DNA of 57,573 nt from Coprothermobacterota bacterium (GCA_026389455.1 JAPLHV010000180.1:1-57573), one strand, 5' to 3'; shown: positions 36,743 through 47,494, numbered from the stretch's first letter. Notes: generated from the sequence alone by a model not told the origin. Translations and numbers: made by a program.

Positions 36743-37870
36743 TTGTCTAAACACCCTGCCGGGGGCTATCTTGCTGCCGGGGGCTATCTTGCTGCCGGGG
36801 GCTATCTTGCTGCCGGGGGCTATCACCCTGCCGGCCAAAAAGAGCTCCACTCGGATTGGGCTATTATCGCCCAGGATCAGCTTGCGGAGGAATGCCGGAA
36901 GACCGAAAGCCTTAGCCAGTTGGAGGAGCTTCGTGTGCGCACCCTGGGCAAGAAAGGACAGCTCACGGCTCTCCTGCGCAGATTGGGAGATTTACCTTCC
37001 GAGCAGCGCAGGGACGCCGGCGCCCGCTTGAACCATCTCAAGCAATCGCTGGAGGCGATCCTGGCAGCGCGGGCCGAAGTTCTTGAGGAAGCAGCCATCA
37101 GTCGCCGCCTCCTGGCGGAGCGGGTAGACGTCACCCTTCCCGGCTTCCAGGTGCGCGTCGGACACCGCCATCCGTTGTGCCGCACCCTGGAAGGGATCGA
37201 GGATATCTTCCTCTCCCTCGGTTTCGACATCGTCGAAGGCCCGGAGGTGGAGTGGGACAGCAACAATTTCGAGGCATTGAACATGCCTGCTGAACACCCC
37301 GCCCGCGATATGTGGGACACCTACTACATCACCGAGCGGATGCTCTTGCGCACCCACACTTCCCCGGTCCAGATCCGCACGATGAAAACGAGAAAGCCGC
37401 CAATCCGGGTCATTGCTCCCGGTATCACCTACCGCCACGAGGCCATTGACGCCACCCACATGGATATCTTCTACCAAGTTGAGGGGCTGGTGGTGGACAG
37501 GGGGATCTCCTTCGCCAATCTCAAGGGAGTCCTCAGCCTTTTCGTGGCCGAGGCCTTCGGGCCGGAGCGGATCACCAAGTTCGTCCCCAGTTATTTCCCT
37601 TTCACCGAGCCCTCAGCCGAGATGATGGTCTCCTGCGGACTGTGCGGCGGGGAGGGTTGTTCCGGCTGCGGCCATTCCGGTTGGTTGGAGATCATGGGCT
37701 GTGGCCAAGTGCATCCCCAAGTGCTGCGCAACTGCGGCATCGACCCGGAAGACTTCACCGGTTTTGCTTTCGGCATGGGGGTGGAACGGATTGCCATGTT
37801 ACGCTTCAACATCCCCGAGATCCGCCTCTTCCTGGAGAACGATAGCCAGTTCCTGAAGCAATTTCCATGA
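36743..37870 (+). CDS. pheS: Phenylalanyl-tRNA synthetase alpha subunit (TTG start inferred; in-frame repeat near N terminus)
   Basis: HPARDM, LRTHTSPVQ, YFPFTEPS and GFAFGMGVERIAM motifs. Confidence 0.93.
   Translation: MSKHPAGGYLAAGGYLAAGGYLAAGGYHPAGQKELHSDWAIIAQDQLAEECRKTESLSQLEELRVRTLGKKGQLTALLRRLGDLPSEQRRDAGARLNHLKQSLEAILAARAEVLEEAAISRRLLAERVDVTLPGFQVRVGHRHPLCRTLEGIEDIFLSLGFDIVEGPEVEWDSNNFEALNMPAEHPARDMWDTYYITERMLLRTHTSPVQIRTMKTRKPPIRVIAPGITYRHEAIDATHMDIFYQVEGLVVDRGISFANLKGVLSLFVAEAFGPERITKFVPSYFPFTEPSAEMMVSCGLCGGEGCSGCGHSGWLEIMGCGQVHPQVLRNCGIDPEDFTGFAFGMGVERIAMLRFNIPEIRLFLENDSQFLKQFP
36750..36836 (+). repeat. Tandem 18-bp array CTGCCGGGGGCT-ATCTTG (4 full + 1 partial)
   Basis: Read directly from the sequence. 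Confidence 0.92.
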
Positions 37871-40302
37871 AGATCCCCTATTCCTGGTTGGAAGAGATCA
37901 ACGGGCGCCTGCCGTCGCCCGGCGAGCTGGCCGACCTCCTGCTGAGCGCCGGACTGGAGGTGGAAGAGACGCTACCGTTGGCTTGTCCCTTCAGCAAGGT
38001 AGTGACAGCTCGCATCATTGCCATGGAGACCATCCCTGGTGATCTGCATAATCTTCTCGTGCGCGTCGAGGCAGGTTCCCTGGGCAACTTTCAAGTCGTT
38101 AGCGGGGCGCCCAATCTGGCTGTCGGCCTGGTGGCGCCGTTGGCTCTACCCGGATCGATTCTACCGGGCTTGGTTATTGAGCGCCGAACCTTCAACGGTC
38201 TGGAATCCGAGGGGATGCTCTGCTCGCGAGCCGAGTTGGGGCTCGAGAAGGAGCTTCTCCCCCTGGGCGAGGAAGGGGTCGCTGTTCTGCCCGAGGAGAG
38301 CCCGCTCGGCGCTGACCTGGGTGGGCTGCTGACACTCCCCGATACCCTCTTCACCATTAAAGTCACCGCTAACCGCCCGGACTGGAACTCAGTCCTTGGC
38401 ATCGCCCGGGAGATCGCCGTCTTCACCGGTGAGCCTCTACGACCCCTGCTTGAGTTCCACGGGCGCGAGGATCCCACACCTGCTTCCACCCTAGTGGCAG
38501 TCGAAGTGGAGGATCCACTCCTCTGCCTTCGCTACTTGGCCACCGTGATCTGCGATACTCGGATTCAGCCTTCTCCCTTATGGATGGCCGGCCGTCTGTG
38601 GAAGAGCGGGATGCGCCCCATCTCCAATGTCGTCGATGCCACCAACTACGTCATGCTGGAGGTCGGCCAACCGCTTCACGCTTTTGACCTGGACCAGGTA
38701 ACCGAGCGGCGCATCGTTGTCCGCCGAGCCCGGCCAGAGGAGACTCTGGTGACCTTGGACGGAGCCAACCGAACCCTGGCCGGCAGCGTTCTCTTGATCG
38801 CCGATCCGCAGAAACCTCTAGGCATCGCCGGGGTGATGGGCGGATTGAACAGCGAGATGACCTCGGCCACGCGGAATCTGGTCCTGGAATCCGCCTTTTT
38901 TCAAAATGCCTCCATTCGTCGCACCAGCCGCTTGTTGGGCCTTAAGACAGAGGCCTCTGAGCGTTTTGTGCGGGGCGTTAGCCATCATAGTGTGGAGGAA
39001 GGCTCTCGCCGGGCCACTGCCATGCTCTCCACCCTAGCCGGCGGCCGAGTTCCGGCCGGCCGCGTGGACTGCGGCCAACCGCCGCCGCCCAAGCGCCTGC
39101 GACTTCGTCCTGAGCGGACCAACCAGGTCTTGGCCACCGACCTCTCCCGCGAGGAGATCTACACCAGTCTGGACCGTTTAGGTTTTTCCCCGACTGGTGC
39201 GACCGTCTTTGAAGTCGAGTCGCCCCCTTGGCGGCAAGATCTCCATGAGGAAGTCGATCTGATCGAGGACATCGCTCGCCTCATCGGCTATGACCGGGTG
39301 CCTCGTCGTATGCCGGCCGGTCCGCTGCGGCGCGGTCAAGAGCCCCCCTGGCGACGCAAATGGCCGGAATGGCGTTCCTTTCTACTGGGGCAGGGGCTGA
39401 CTGAAGTGGTCACCGCTCCCTTGGTTCCACCAGAGTGGAATACCTTCACCTTCCTCAAGGTTGATCAGCCCTTGGCTTCAACGATTGATGCTCGCGGGCA
39501 GGCACTCGCGGACAGGCCCTCAATGGTCTTGCGCAACCCCATTTCTCCTGAGCGATCTGCCCTGCGGCTAAGTCTCCTGCCCTCTCTTCTGCAGGTAGTG
39601 GCCACCAACCAACATCGTGGCCACCCTCTCTTCGGTTGCGTGGAGTTGGGGAAAGCCTACCGATGGCGAGGGGAGGAGGAACTGCCCGATGAGCCGCGCT
39701 TGCTTGCCCTGGCTGTAGCCGTGCGGACAGAGGCGGATTGGCAGGGGGGAATTCGGGAGATGAGCTTTTTCCGATTGAAGGGTTGGTTGGAGACGCTCTT
39801 TAACGAGGAGCTGCGTTTTCAAACGATACCGTACGAACATGCCTTACACCCCGGCCGCAGCGCTGCCCTCTTTCACAAAGACCGTCTAGTAGGCGTTTTT
39901 GGCGAGGTTGGTCCCGCCCTGGGCAAGCGCTTCGCGTTGAAGGAGGGAGTCTTGCTGGCTGAGATCGCCATTGAATCATTCCTCGCTCAAGCTATGCCTC
40001 TTTTCCAATCTTTTTCACGCTTTCCCGCCGCCGATCGTGACATAGCCCTGGTGGTCTCTACCGATACTCCCTACAGCCAATGGGAACAGGTCATACGGGA
40101 GGCAGGGGGGCCGCTTCTCGAAGAGGTTGCCTTCTTCGACCGCTACCAGGGCGAGAACATTCCTCCTGGCACGATAAGCCTGGCTTTCTCTTTACGATTC
40201 CGGAACAGCGAGCGGACCCTCGCCGAGGCGGAAATCAACCGGGCGATGGTCTCCATTGAATGCTCCCTGGCGGATCTGGGAGCGGTCCTGCGCAGCCGTT
40301 GA
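37867..40302 (+). CDS. pheT: Phenylalanyl-tRNA synthetase beta subunit
   Basis: [33 protein letters not shown] and [11 protein letters not shown] motifs. Confidence 0.96.
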   Translation: MKIPYSWLEEINGRLPSPGELADLLLSAGLEVEETLPLACPFSKVVTARIIAMETIPGDLHNLLVRVEAGSLGNFQVVSGAPNLAVGLVAPLALPGSILPGLVIERRTFNGLESEGMLCSRAELGLEKELLPLGEEGVAVLPEESPLGADLGGLLTLPDTLFTIKVTANRPDWNSVLGIAREIAVFTGEPLRPLLEFHGREDPTPASTLVAVEVEDPLLCLRYLATVICDTRIQPSPLWMAGRLWKSGMRPISNVVDATNYVMLEVGQPLHAFDLDQVTERRIVVRRARPEETLVTLDGANRTLAGSVLLIADPQKPLGIAGVMGGLNSEMTSATRNLVLESAFFQNASIRRTSRLLGLKTEASERFVRGVSHHSVEEGSRRATAMLSTLAGGRVPAGRVDCGQPPPPKRLRLRPERTNQVLATDLSREEIYTSLDRLGFSPTGATVFEVESPPWRQDLHEEVDLIEDIARLIGYDRVPRRMPAGPLRRGQEPPWRRKWPEWRSFLLGQGLTEVVTAPLVPPEWNTFTFLKVDQPLASTIDARGQALADRPSMVLRNPISPERSALRLSLLPSLLQVVATNQHRGHPLFGCVELGKAYRWRGEEELPDEPRLLALAVAVRTEADWQGGIREMSFFRLKGWLETLFNEELRFQTIPYEHALHPGRSAALFHKDRLVGVFGEVGPALGKRFALKEGVLLAEIAIESFLAQAMPLFQSFSRFPAADRDIALVVSTDTPYSQWEQVIREAGGPLLEEVAFFDRYQGENIPPGTISLAFSLRFRNSERTLAEAEINRAMVSIECSLADLGAVLRSR

Positions 40303-40356
40303 GGGAGGTTCCCGAGACCTTCTTAAATGGCGACACGCTGACCGTGGCACTAGAAG

Positions 40357-40422
40357 ACATGCTGCCGCAGGCTGGGTACATGCTGCCGCAGGCTGGGTAC
40401 ATGCTGCCGCAGGCTGGGTACA
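40357..40422 (+). repeat. Three tandem 21-bp units ACATGCTGCCGCAGGCTGGGT
   Basis: Read directly from the sequence. Confidence 0.92.
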
Positions 40423-40452
40423 ACGGCGCACTGCTCTTTCATCAAAGCGCAG

Positions 40453-40577
40453 AACTCCCTGCCGGGGGCTATCGAGCTGCCGGGGGCTATCGAGCTGCCG
40501 GGGGCTATCGAGCTGCCGGGGGCTATCGAGCTGCCGGGGGCTATCGAGCTGCCGGGGGCTGTCTAGCTGCCGGGGGG
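40453..40577 (+). repeat. Tandem 18-bp array CTGCCGGGGGCT-ATCGAG (6 cores + 1 partial)
   Basis: Read directly from the sequence. Confidence 0.92.
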
Positions 40578-41171
40578 TTCATCGTCGAGACAGAAGCCTA
40601 CCTTGGATCTGACGACCGAGCCAGCCACGCCTCGCACGGACGTACCCGCCGTAATGAGACAGCCCCCGGCAGGGAGTTCTCAATGTTTGGGCCGCCCGGA
40701 TTTGCCTATATCTATCCACCCTGCCGGGGGCTGTCTAGTTGATCTATGGGATGTACAATTGCCTTAACGTGGTCACTGAACCGGAAGGCTATCCCGCAGC
40801 GGTGCTGATTAGAGCTCTGGAGCCCTGTATAGGCCAGAACTCCCTGCCGAGGGCTGACAAGCTGCCAGGGGCTACTGTGATGCGCCGTCGAAGGCCACGG
40901 GCAAGGCGGGAGGTTGAAGTAGCCAACGGTCCCGGCAAAATCTGCCAGGCGTTGGGGGTGGAACGAGGGATGAACGGATGGAACTTGCGCACAAGCGCTT
41001 TGCGCCTTGCCCCAGGGCGCGAAGCAGGGGAGATCGGGGCCGGACCACGGATCGGCGTCGACTATGCCGGGCCGTGGACTGGACACCCTGCCGGGGGCTA
41101 TCATGCCTGGCGCTTCTATGAACTTGGTAACAGAACAGCCCCCGGCAGGGTGTGACTTTCAAGGTGAGATC

Positions 41172-43532
41172 ATGGATGCCCACGCGCTGAGAGTGCTGGA
41201 CTTTCACGAGATCGTGGAGAAGCTCCTGGAGTTGACCCTAACCCCTTACGGGCGGGAGATTGCCGAGAAGCTGACCCCCTCGATGAAGCTGGAGGAAGTG
41301 CAGAAGGGTTTGCAGGAAACAACCGAAGCCCGCGAGTGGCTGGATAAGTTTGGCGATTTCGGCTGGGGCGAGCTCTTTGACCTGCGCCCCGTCTTGGCGA
41401 AGTGCCGGGTGAGCGGGATGCTGGCACCCGAGGAGTTGCTCCACGTCAAATCCTTCCTCGTTCTCCTGCGCCAGATCAAGAACAAAATGATGGAAGCGCG
41501 GGCGTACGCCACTTTGACCGGTTTGGCCAAGGAGCTTCACGCCCTGCCATCTTTAGAGAAAGAGATTGAGAAGGCCATCGGACCGAACGGTGAGATTCTG
41601 GATGGCGCCTCCTTCGAGCTGTTGCGCTTTCGCAAGCAATCACGCTTGATCGAGAGCCGTCTGCGCGACAAGCTGCAGGATCTGATCGAATCTCCTTCGG
41701 TGCGCAAGCTGTTACAAGACCCCATCATCACCGTGCGAGACCAACGCTTTGTGATCCCAGTCAAACAGGAGTACAAGTCTCAGCTTCCCGGGGTGGTCCA
41801 CGACCGCTCTTCCTCCGGCCAAACCGTCTTTCTCGAGCCGTTGGCTACCCTCAATATCAACAACGAGCTGCGTGAGGTTCAACTGAAGATCAAGCAGGAA
41901 GAGGAGCGCATCCTCGTCGAGTTGACTGTCAAGGTGGGGGAGCTTGTTCCGGATTTTAACCGCTCTTTGCAGAATCTGGCCCGCCTCGATTTCATCTTCG
42001 CCAAAGCCCGTCTTTCCGACCTGCACAAGGCCAGCCCCCCACTTGTTTCGAACGGCGCTTTCCTTGAACTGTACAACGCTCGCCATCCCTTGTTGCGAGT
42101 GCCCGCTGTGCCGATCGGAATTGATGTGGGCGGCAAATTCCGCACCCTCGTGATTACCGGCCCTAACACCGGTGGAAAGACCGTCTCTTTAAAGACGGCC
42201 GGCCTGTTGATGCTGATGGCCCAAGCCGGTTTGCATATCCCGGCCTCTTCCCAGTCGCAGATCGGAATCTTCCAGAACGTCTACGCCGACATCGGCGACG
42301 AGCAATCGCTAGAGCAATCGCTTTCCACTTTCAGCTCCCACCTCTCCCAGATCGTCAAGATCATCAAAGAGGCCGAGCCCAATATGCTGATCTTGTTAGA
42401 TGAGCTGGGGGCGGGCACCGATCCGCGAGAAGGCGCCGCCCTGGGAACGGCGGTGTTGGAGTATTTCCATAACCGAGGGGTGCGCACCATCGTCTCTACT
42501 CACCATACCGAGTTGATCTCCTTCGCCTATACCCACAGTGACGCCCGCAACGCCTCACTGGAGTTCGATACTGAGACGCTTTCTCCGACTTACCGCATGA
42601 AGATGGGAGTGCCCGGCTCGAGTCACGCTTTCCTCATTGCCAAACGACTGGGCCTCTCCACAGAGGTGTTAGCCCAAGCCCAGACCTTCCTGACTGTCGA
42701 GCGCGAGCGCCTCGACGAGTTGATCACGCACCTGGAGGAGGAACGGCAGAAAGCTGAGATCGAGCGCAAAGGGGCCGAGGAGGCAAAATCGGAGGCAATC
42801 AAGCTGCGGGAGGAGTACAAGCAGCAGAGTGAGGAACTGAAGAAGAAGAAGAAAGAGATCCTCCGCTCTTCGTATGCCGAGGCGCAGAAAGTGGTCAACG
42901 ATACGCGCAGCCAGATGGAAGCTCTGCTGGAACAGTTGCGCCAGGAGAAACGACCCTCATCCCGCACCGTGGCCATCAAGAAGGAGATTGAGCAGGCACG
43001 GAACGAGGTCGGCGAGCAAGCGATGGACACCGACCGGCGCGGCCTGCCCGTGTCTCTTGCTAAGTTGCGGCCTGGAGAAGTAGTGTGGATCCCCCGCTTT
43101 AAGTCGCAGGGAGTGATCATCGAGATCGACCTTACTGCCGCCCGGGCACGGGTACAAGTGGGCACGATGCGGGCGTCGGTGACCGAGAAAGAGATTGAGG
43201 CGCTGGAAGGGGGAGAGCCGCTTTCCACTATGCGGGCCTCTCCTGCATTATCCGATGGGGATCGCCCTATCCTGGTGGCTCGACCCGACCTCTCTTGGAA
43301 GTTGGATTTGCATGGGGTACGAGTAGAAGACGCCTTGGTGACGCTGGATAAATACCTAGACGATGCCGTTCTGTCCAACTTCCCCTTCGTCTATATTCTT
43401 CACGGGCGGGGAACAGGAGCTCTGCGACAGGCCATCCGCCAACATCTCCGTTCGCATCCCTCGGTGTTGCGCTTCCGCATGGGGGAAGGGAATGAGGGCG
43501 GCGAGGGTGTCACCATCGTCTACCTGAAATAA
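41172..43532 (+). CDS. mutS2: MutS2 (Smr-domain) protein
   Basis: HDRSSSGQTVFLEP, ITGPNTGGKT, LLDELGAGTDP; Smr LDLHG...HGRGTG. Confidence 0.95.
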   Translation: MDAHALRVLDFHEIVEKLLELTLTPYGREIAEKLTPSMKLEEVQKGLQETTEAREWLDKFGDFGWGELFDLRPVLAKCRVSGMLAPEELLHVKSFLVLLRQIKNKMMEARAYATLTGLAKELHALPSLEKEIEKAIGPNGEILDGASFELLRFRKQSRLIESRLRDKLQDLIESPSVRKLLQDPIITVRDQRFVIPVKQEYKSQLPGVVHDRSSSGQTVFLEPLATLNINNELREVQLKIKQEEERILVELTVKVGELVPDFNRSLQNLARLDFIFAKARLSDLHKASPPLVSNGAFLELYNARHPLLRVPAVPIGIDVGGKFRTLVITGPNTGGKTVSLKTAGLLMLMAQAGLHIPASSQSQIGIFQNVYADIGDEQSLEQSLSTFSSHLSQIVKIIKEAEPNMLILLDELGAGTDPREGAALGTAVLEYFHNRGVRTIVSTHHTELISFAYTHSDARNASLEFDTETLSPTYRMKMGVPGSSHAFLIAKRLGLSTEVLAQAQTFLTVERERLDELITHLEEERQKAEIERKGAEEAKSEAIKLREEYKQQSEELKKKKKEILRSSYAEAQKVVNDTRSQMEALLEQLRQEKRPSSRTVAIKKEIEQARNEVGEQAMDTDRRGLPVSLAKLRPGEVVWIPRFKSQGVIIEIDLTAARARVQVGTMRASVTEKEIEALEGGEPLSTMRASPALSDGDRPILVARPDLSWKLDLHGVRVEDALVTLDKYLDDAVLSNFPFVYILHGRGTGALRQAIRQHLRSHPSVLRFRMGEGNEGGEGVTIVYLK

Positions 43533-43533
43533 T

Positions 43534-43742
43534 GGCTCTTTCTCATCCCGAGTGGGTAAGGCGGTCAGAGGGGAAAAAGAGGTGTGCCATGTGGAAGTCT
43601 GCTCAGGAGTCCTTATTCGAGAGAACCTTGCGACTTGACCCTCCTTGGAGGATCACAAAGATAGAGTTCCGTGAAGGCAAAGGGATCATCAAGGCAGACA
43701 ACAACAAGCTGGTAGGTCATCCACTTGAAATGAGAAGGAATC
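43534..43742 (+). mobile_element. Internally deleted ISL3-family remnant / MITE
   Basis: GGCTCTTTCTCATCCCGAGTGGGT left end and imperfect inverted right end (43719-43742); LFERTLRLDPPWRITKIEF resembles an ISL3 transposase N terminus. Confidence 0.72.
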
Positions 43743-43781
43743 GTTTACAAACAAGTGCATAGATCATAAGATGCGCATAAG

Positions 43782-44999
43782 ATGAAGACCCTTTCTGCCC
43801 GCGAACAATTCGAGATCCTATCCCAGGGCGTGCTGGACTTGGTCACGCCGGACGACCTGCTGGCCAAGCTGGAAAAGTCAAACCAGAGCGGTAAACCACT
43901 CCTGATCAAATACGGCGCTGATCCTTCCCGGCCGGATATCCATCTCGGCCATGCCGTCTGTTTTCTGAAGATGCGCCAGTTTCAAGACCTCGGCCATGAG
44001 GTGGTCTTTGTCATTGGTGATTTTACCGCTCGCATCGGCGATCCCTCCGGCCGTTCCGCCGTCCGCTCGCCACTCACCAAGGAAGAGGTGGAGGTCAACG
44101 CCCGCACTTACAAAGAGCAGGTGGACAAGATCCTCAATCCGGACAAAACGCGGGTGGTCTACAACGCCGATTGGCTGGAACCCCTCACCCTGCGAGAAGT
44201 AGTCAGGTTGGGAGCCCAGTTCACCGTAGCCCAGATGCTGGAGCGGGATGATTTCCAGAAGCGTTTTGCAGGCCAAGTGCCGATCTACTTACACGAATTC
44301 CTCTATGCTTTGATGGTAGCCTACGATTCGGTGGCTTTGAACTGCGATGTTGAAATGGGCGGGCATGACCAGCTCTTCAATTTCCTGGTGGGGCGTGACC
44401 TGATGAGGAGCTTTGGACAAGAACCGCAGGTTTGTTTAACGATGCCCATCCTGGAAGGCACCGACGGACAGGTAAAGATGAGCAAAAGCATGGACAACTA
44501 TATCGGGATCACTGACTCGCCTGAACAGATCTTTGGCCGGGTGATGTCGGTCCCGGACGAGGTGATGGGACATTACTGGACTTACCTCAACCTGGCCACG
44601 CCAGACGAGTGGGCACAATTGAAGGAGGGGATCGACAGGCAGGCCCTCCACCCGCGTTCGGTCAAGCTGGATCTGGCGCAACGGATTGTTTCCTGGTTGC
44701 ATTCAGCAGAAGAGGGGAAACACCGGCGGGAAGAGTTTGAGAAAGTCTTCACCCGCAAAGAGGCTCCTTCAGACATCAGTACACGCACTGTTTCCCTGCC
44801 GCTCGACCTGGCTTCTTTCCTGGTCAGCGAAGGCTTGGCGGAGTCCAAGTCGGAGGTGCGTCGCCTGCTCAAGCAAGCCGGCATCCGTTTGGACGAGCAG
44901 CCCCTTCCTTACAGCGAGCACCCAACTCTCGAACAATTTCGGGATGGGGCTGTCCTGCGCGTGGGGAAAAAGAAGTTCCTGCGTTTGCGAATAGCCTAG
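43782..44999 (+). CDS. tyrS: Tyrosyl-tRNA synthetase
   Basis: GADPSRPDIHLGH, GGHDQLFN, KMSKS and C-terminal S4 domain. Confidence 0.96.
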   Translation: MKTLSAREQFEILSQGVLDLVTPDDLLAKLEKSNQSGKPLLIKYGADPSRPDIHLGHAVCFLKMRQFQDLGHEVVFVIGDFTARIGDPSGRSAVRSPLTKEEVEVNARTYKEQVDKILNPDKTRVVYNADWLEPLTLREVVRLGAQFTVAQMLERDDFQKRFAGQVPIYLHEFLYALMVAYDSVALNCDVEMGGHDQLFNFLVGRDLMRSFGQEPQVCLTMPILEGTDGQVKMSKSMDNYIGITDSPEQIFGRVMSVPDEVMGHYWTYLNLATPDEWAQLKEGIDRQALHPRSVKLDLAQRIVSWLHSAEEGKHRREEFEKVFTRKEAPSDISTRTVSLPLDLASFLVSEGLAESKSEVRRLLKQAGIRLDEQPLPYSEHPTLEQFRDGAVLRVGKKKFLRLRIA

Positions 45000-45061
45000 G
45001 CAACTTTTACTCCTCCCTGCCATCTAATGGGGTAAGAAACCCCGAATAGACCGGAGGTCTA

Positions 45062-46531
45062 ATGGCTGGAGAGAGGATTCTTTCCTTTATTGATCAAGCC
45101 GTGCGGCGGGAGCGTCACGATTTCCTCCGCTATCATTTGCTGTGGGTTTTTGCCTTTACTTCCTTGGCACTTTTCCCTCTCCTCTTCCTGGCGCGTTTCC
45201 TGGAGTTCACCCCTCCTCCCTGGGCTTTCTTCCCCCTTTTCCTGCCGGGGGTATTGTATTTGCTTTCCAGAGCCCGCGGCCGGCTGCCGGGGGTCGCGGA
45301 GACGGCCTGGAAGGCTGACCGCTACTACAGCCTAGGGGAACAATTGATCACTGCCCGGGAGGCGTTGGCTCTGCCACAGCCCGGCCAGTTGGCGCTTCGC
45401 TTGGTCGATCTCACGGAGGAACGCTTAGCAGGATACGAATCGCTTCCCTGGCCGCGCCGCTGGCTGCGATGGCCATTGGCGCTGCTGTTGTCAGTCTTGG
45501 CGCTTTCCGTGTTGTTGATCTGGCTGCCTCCTTACCGCCTTCTTCGGGCTGAGCAATTAACGCCGCAATTGGTTGAACTAGCCCAACAATACGCACGGAT
45601 CCCCGGCCATGACCCAATCACCTATATGGAGCTGATCCAAGCCAAACGGGCGCTGGAAAAGGGGGATCTAGGGGAGGCGCGAAACCTCCTCGAGCAGGCT
45701 GCTGGCCGCCTGGAGGGAGAACAGCAACGAGACCGTGAAGGCCAATCAGCGCTGGCGGCCAGTCCCGACCTATCCTTCCTGGCCAAAGGGATGGAGGGCG
45801 ACCGAGCTGCCCTCAGCCAACTGGAGCAGCTTTCCACCCAAGAACAGTTACGGATGGCACAGGAGATCCAGCAGATGCTGGCCAACCTCCCCGAGGGAGC
45901 CTTGCGCACAGCGCTGCAGGATCTCGCTACATCTTTGCGTCAGAACGACACCTCACTGCTGAAGCGCACGCAAGCATTGGAGGAATTGCTGCCGCAAGAG
46001 CAAGCCTTGCTTTCCTCTCTCGGCCAAACCTTATCCCAGTTGGGCGGGAAAAGTGGGGGAGAGGGCGACCAAAGCGCTCAACTTCCCGGTGATCACCAGG
46101 CGGGAGCGGAGGGCCAGGTGCAACCAGCTTCCGGTTCGGGTACGCAAGGCGGCCTCTCCCAGGGCGAGATGGAGAGTGTACCAGCTTCCCAGCGGTACCA
46201 GAAAGCACCCCCCCAGATGGCAGCAGCCGGAGACCAGGGATTACTCTATGTTCCCCAGAACTCCCTGCCGGGGGCTGACAAGCTGCCGGGGGCTAGCATG
46301 CCGCTCCCTCCCGGAGGAACGCCACTCGTCCTGCCGCAGCAAGGCGAACCATCCTATCAGACCGGTCAACCGGGCGGGGAGACCGAAAATGCCCAACCAT
46401 TCCAAAACTACCGCGATGCCATGCCCCGCTACCAGCAACAAGCCGTTGAGCAGCTCACCCGCCAAGCTCTCCCCCCGGAGTTGGAGTCCTTGGTGCGATC
46501 CTATTACCTTTTCTTGGAGGATGCGCCGTGA
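45062..46531 (+). CDS. Membrane protein with coiled-coil/low-complexity tail (MoxR-vWA operon member)
   Basis: TM helices, L.EQLITA.E motif, C-terminal LPPELESLVRSYY. Confidence 0.75.
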   Translation: MAGERILSFIDQAVRRERHDFLRYHLLWVFAFTSLALFPLLFLARFLEFTPPPWAFFPLFLPGVLYLLSRARGRLPGVAETAWKADRYYSLGEQLITAREALALPQPGQLALRLVDLTEERLAGYESLPWPRRWLRWPLALLLSVLALSVLLIWLPPYRLLRAEQLTPQLVELAQQYARIPGHDPITYMELIQAKRALEKGDLGEARNLLEQAAGRLEGEQQRDREGQSALAASPDLSFLAKGMEGDRAALSQLEQLSTQEQLRMAQEIQQMLANLPEGALRTALQDLATSLRQNDTSLLKRTQALEELLPQEQALLSSLGQTLSQLGGKSGGEGDQSAQLPGDHQAGAEGQVQPASGSGTQGGLSQGEMESVPASQRYQKAPPQMAAAGDQGLLYVPQNSLPGADKLPGASMPLPPGGTPLVLPQQGEPSYQTGQPGGETENAQPFQNYRDAMPRYQQQAVEQLTRQALPPELESLVRSYYLFLEDAP

Positions 46532-47493
46532 CACCAGAACAGTTCAGCGAGAGAATGGCCTCGATCCGAAAAGAAGTGGAGAAGGCCATTGTCGGCCAGG
46601 AGGAGGTGGTCAGTCAACTGCTGCTCTGCTTGGTCGCCCAGGGACATGCTTTGATTGAAGGAGTCCCTGGCCTCGGCAAGACTTTGATGGTGCGCTGCCT
46701 GGCTCAGGCGCTTTCCCTCCGCTTTTCTCGCATTCAGTTCACTCCAGACTTGATGCCGGCCGATATTACCGGCACCCTGGTTCTGGAGGAGGAGGCCGGC
46801 AAGCGACAATTCCGTTTCCAGGAGGGGCCGGTCTTCGCCAACCTGGTCTTGGCCGATGAGGTTAACCGGGCCACTCCCAAGACACAATCGGCTCTGTTGG
46901 AGGCCATGCAGGAGAGCACGGTGACTGTTGCCGGCGCCACCCACCTCTTGCCGAGGCCTTTCTATGTCTTCGCTACTCAGAACCCGATCGAGATGGAAGG
47001 CACCTACCCGTTGCCTGAGGCGCAGTTGGATCGCTTTTTCTTGAAGATCCTCATCGAGTACCCCACCGATCGGCAGATGATCGAGATCTTGAACCGCACC
47101 ACGGGTTTGGAGACCCCTGCCATTCAGGCTGCCGCGGAGGCCAGCGATCTGTTGGCCATGCATCATCTAGCTCGCGAGGTGCCGGTGGCCCAGGCGGTTA
47201 ATCAGTACGCCGTCGAGCTGGTGGAGTCGACCCGGCCTCAGGATGGAAAAGCCGGGGAGATGGTGCGCCGCTTCGTGCGCTTCGGCGCCAGCCCACGGGG
47301 AGCCCAAGCTCTGATTATGGCCGGCAAAGTACGGGCGCTTAGCGAGGGGCGTTTCCACGTTTCCCGCCAGGATCTTCGCCAGGCAGCTCCTCCAACCTTG
47401 CGCCACCGCCTCTTGCTGAACTATGAGGCTCAGGTGGAAGGGATCTCCGCGGACCAAATACTGGGTCAGGTTATCACGCGTCTGGGAGACTAG
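46528..47493 (+). CDS. moxR: MoxR AAA+ ATPase
   Basis: EGVPGLGKT, RIQFTPDLMPAD, DEVNRA and YPLPEAQLDRF motifs. Confidence 0.95.
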   Translation: MTPEQFSERMASIRKEVEKAIVGQEEVVSQLLLCLVAQGHALIEGVPGLGKTLMVRCLAQALSLRFSRIQFTPDLMPADITGTLVLEEEAGKRQFRFQEGPVFANLVLADEVNRATPKTQSALLEAMQESTVTVAGATHLLPRPFYVFATQNPIEMEGTYPLPEAQLDRFFLKILIEYPTDRQMIEILNRTTGLETPAIQAAAEASDLLAMHHLAREVPVAQAVNQYAVELVESTRPQDGKAGEMVRRFVRFGASPRGAQALIMAGKVRALSEGRFHVSRQDLRQAAPPTLRHRLLLNYEAQVEGISADQILGQVITRLGD

Positions 47494-47494
47494 G

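Larger units (their letters stand above)
40299..41155 (+). pseudogene. mpg: 3-methyladenine DNA glycosylase (MPG) disrupted by multiple repeat insertions, one frameshifting
   Basis: [19 protein letters not shown]|LIYGMY, AAVLIRALEP, NGPGKICQALG, PRIG and WRFY; a 23-bp insertion at 40716-40738 splits the frame. Confidence 0.85.

Noticed and set aside
36750-40577. 18/21-bp tandem arrays as CRISPR arrays
   Set aside because: Units are contiguous with no unique 25-45 bp spacers, and no cas genes are present in the window.
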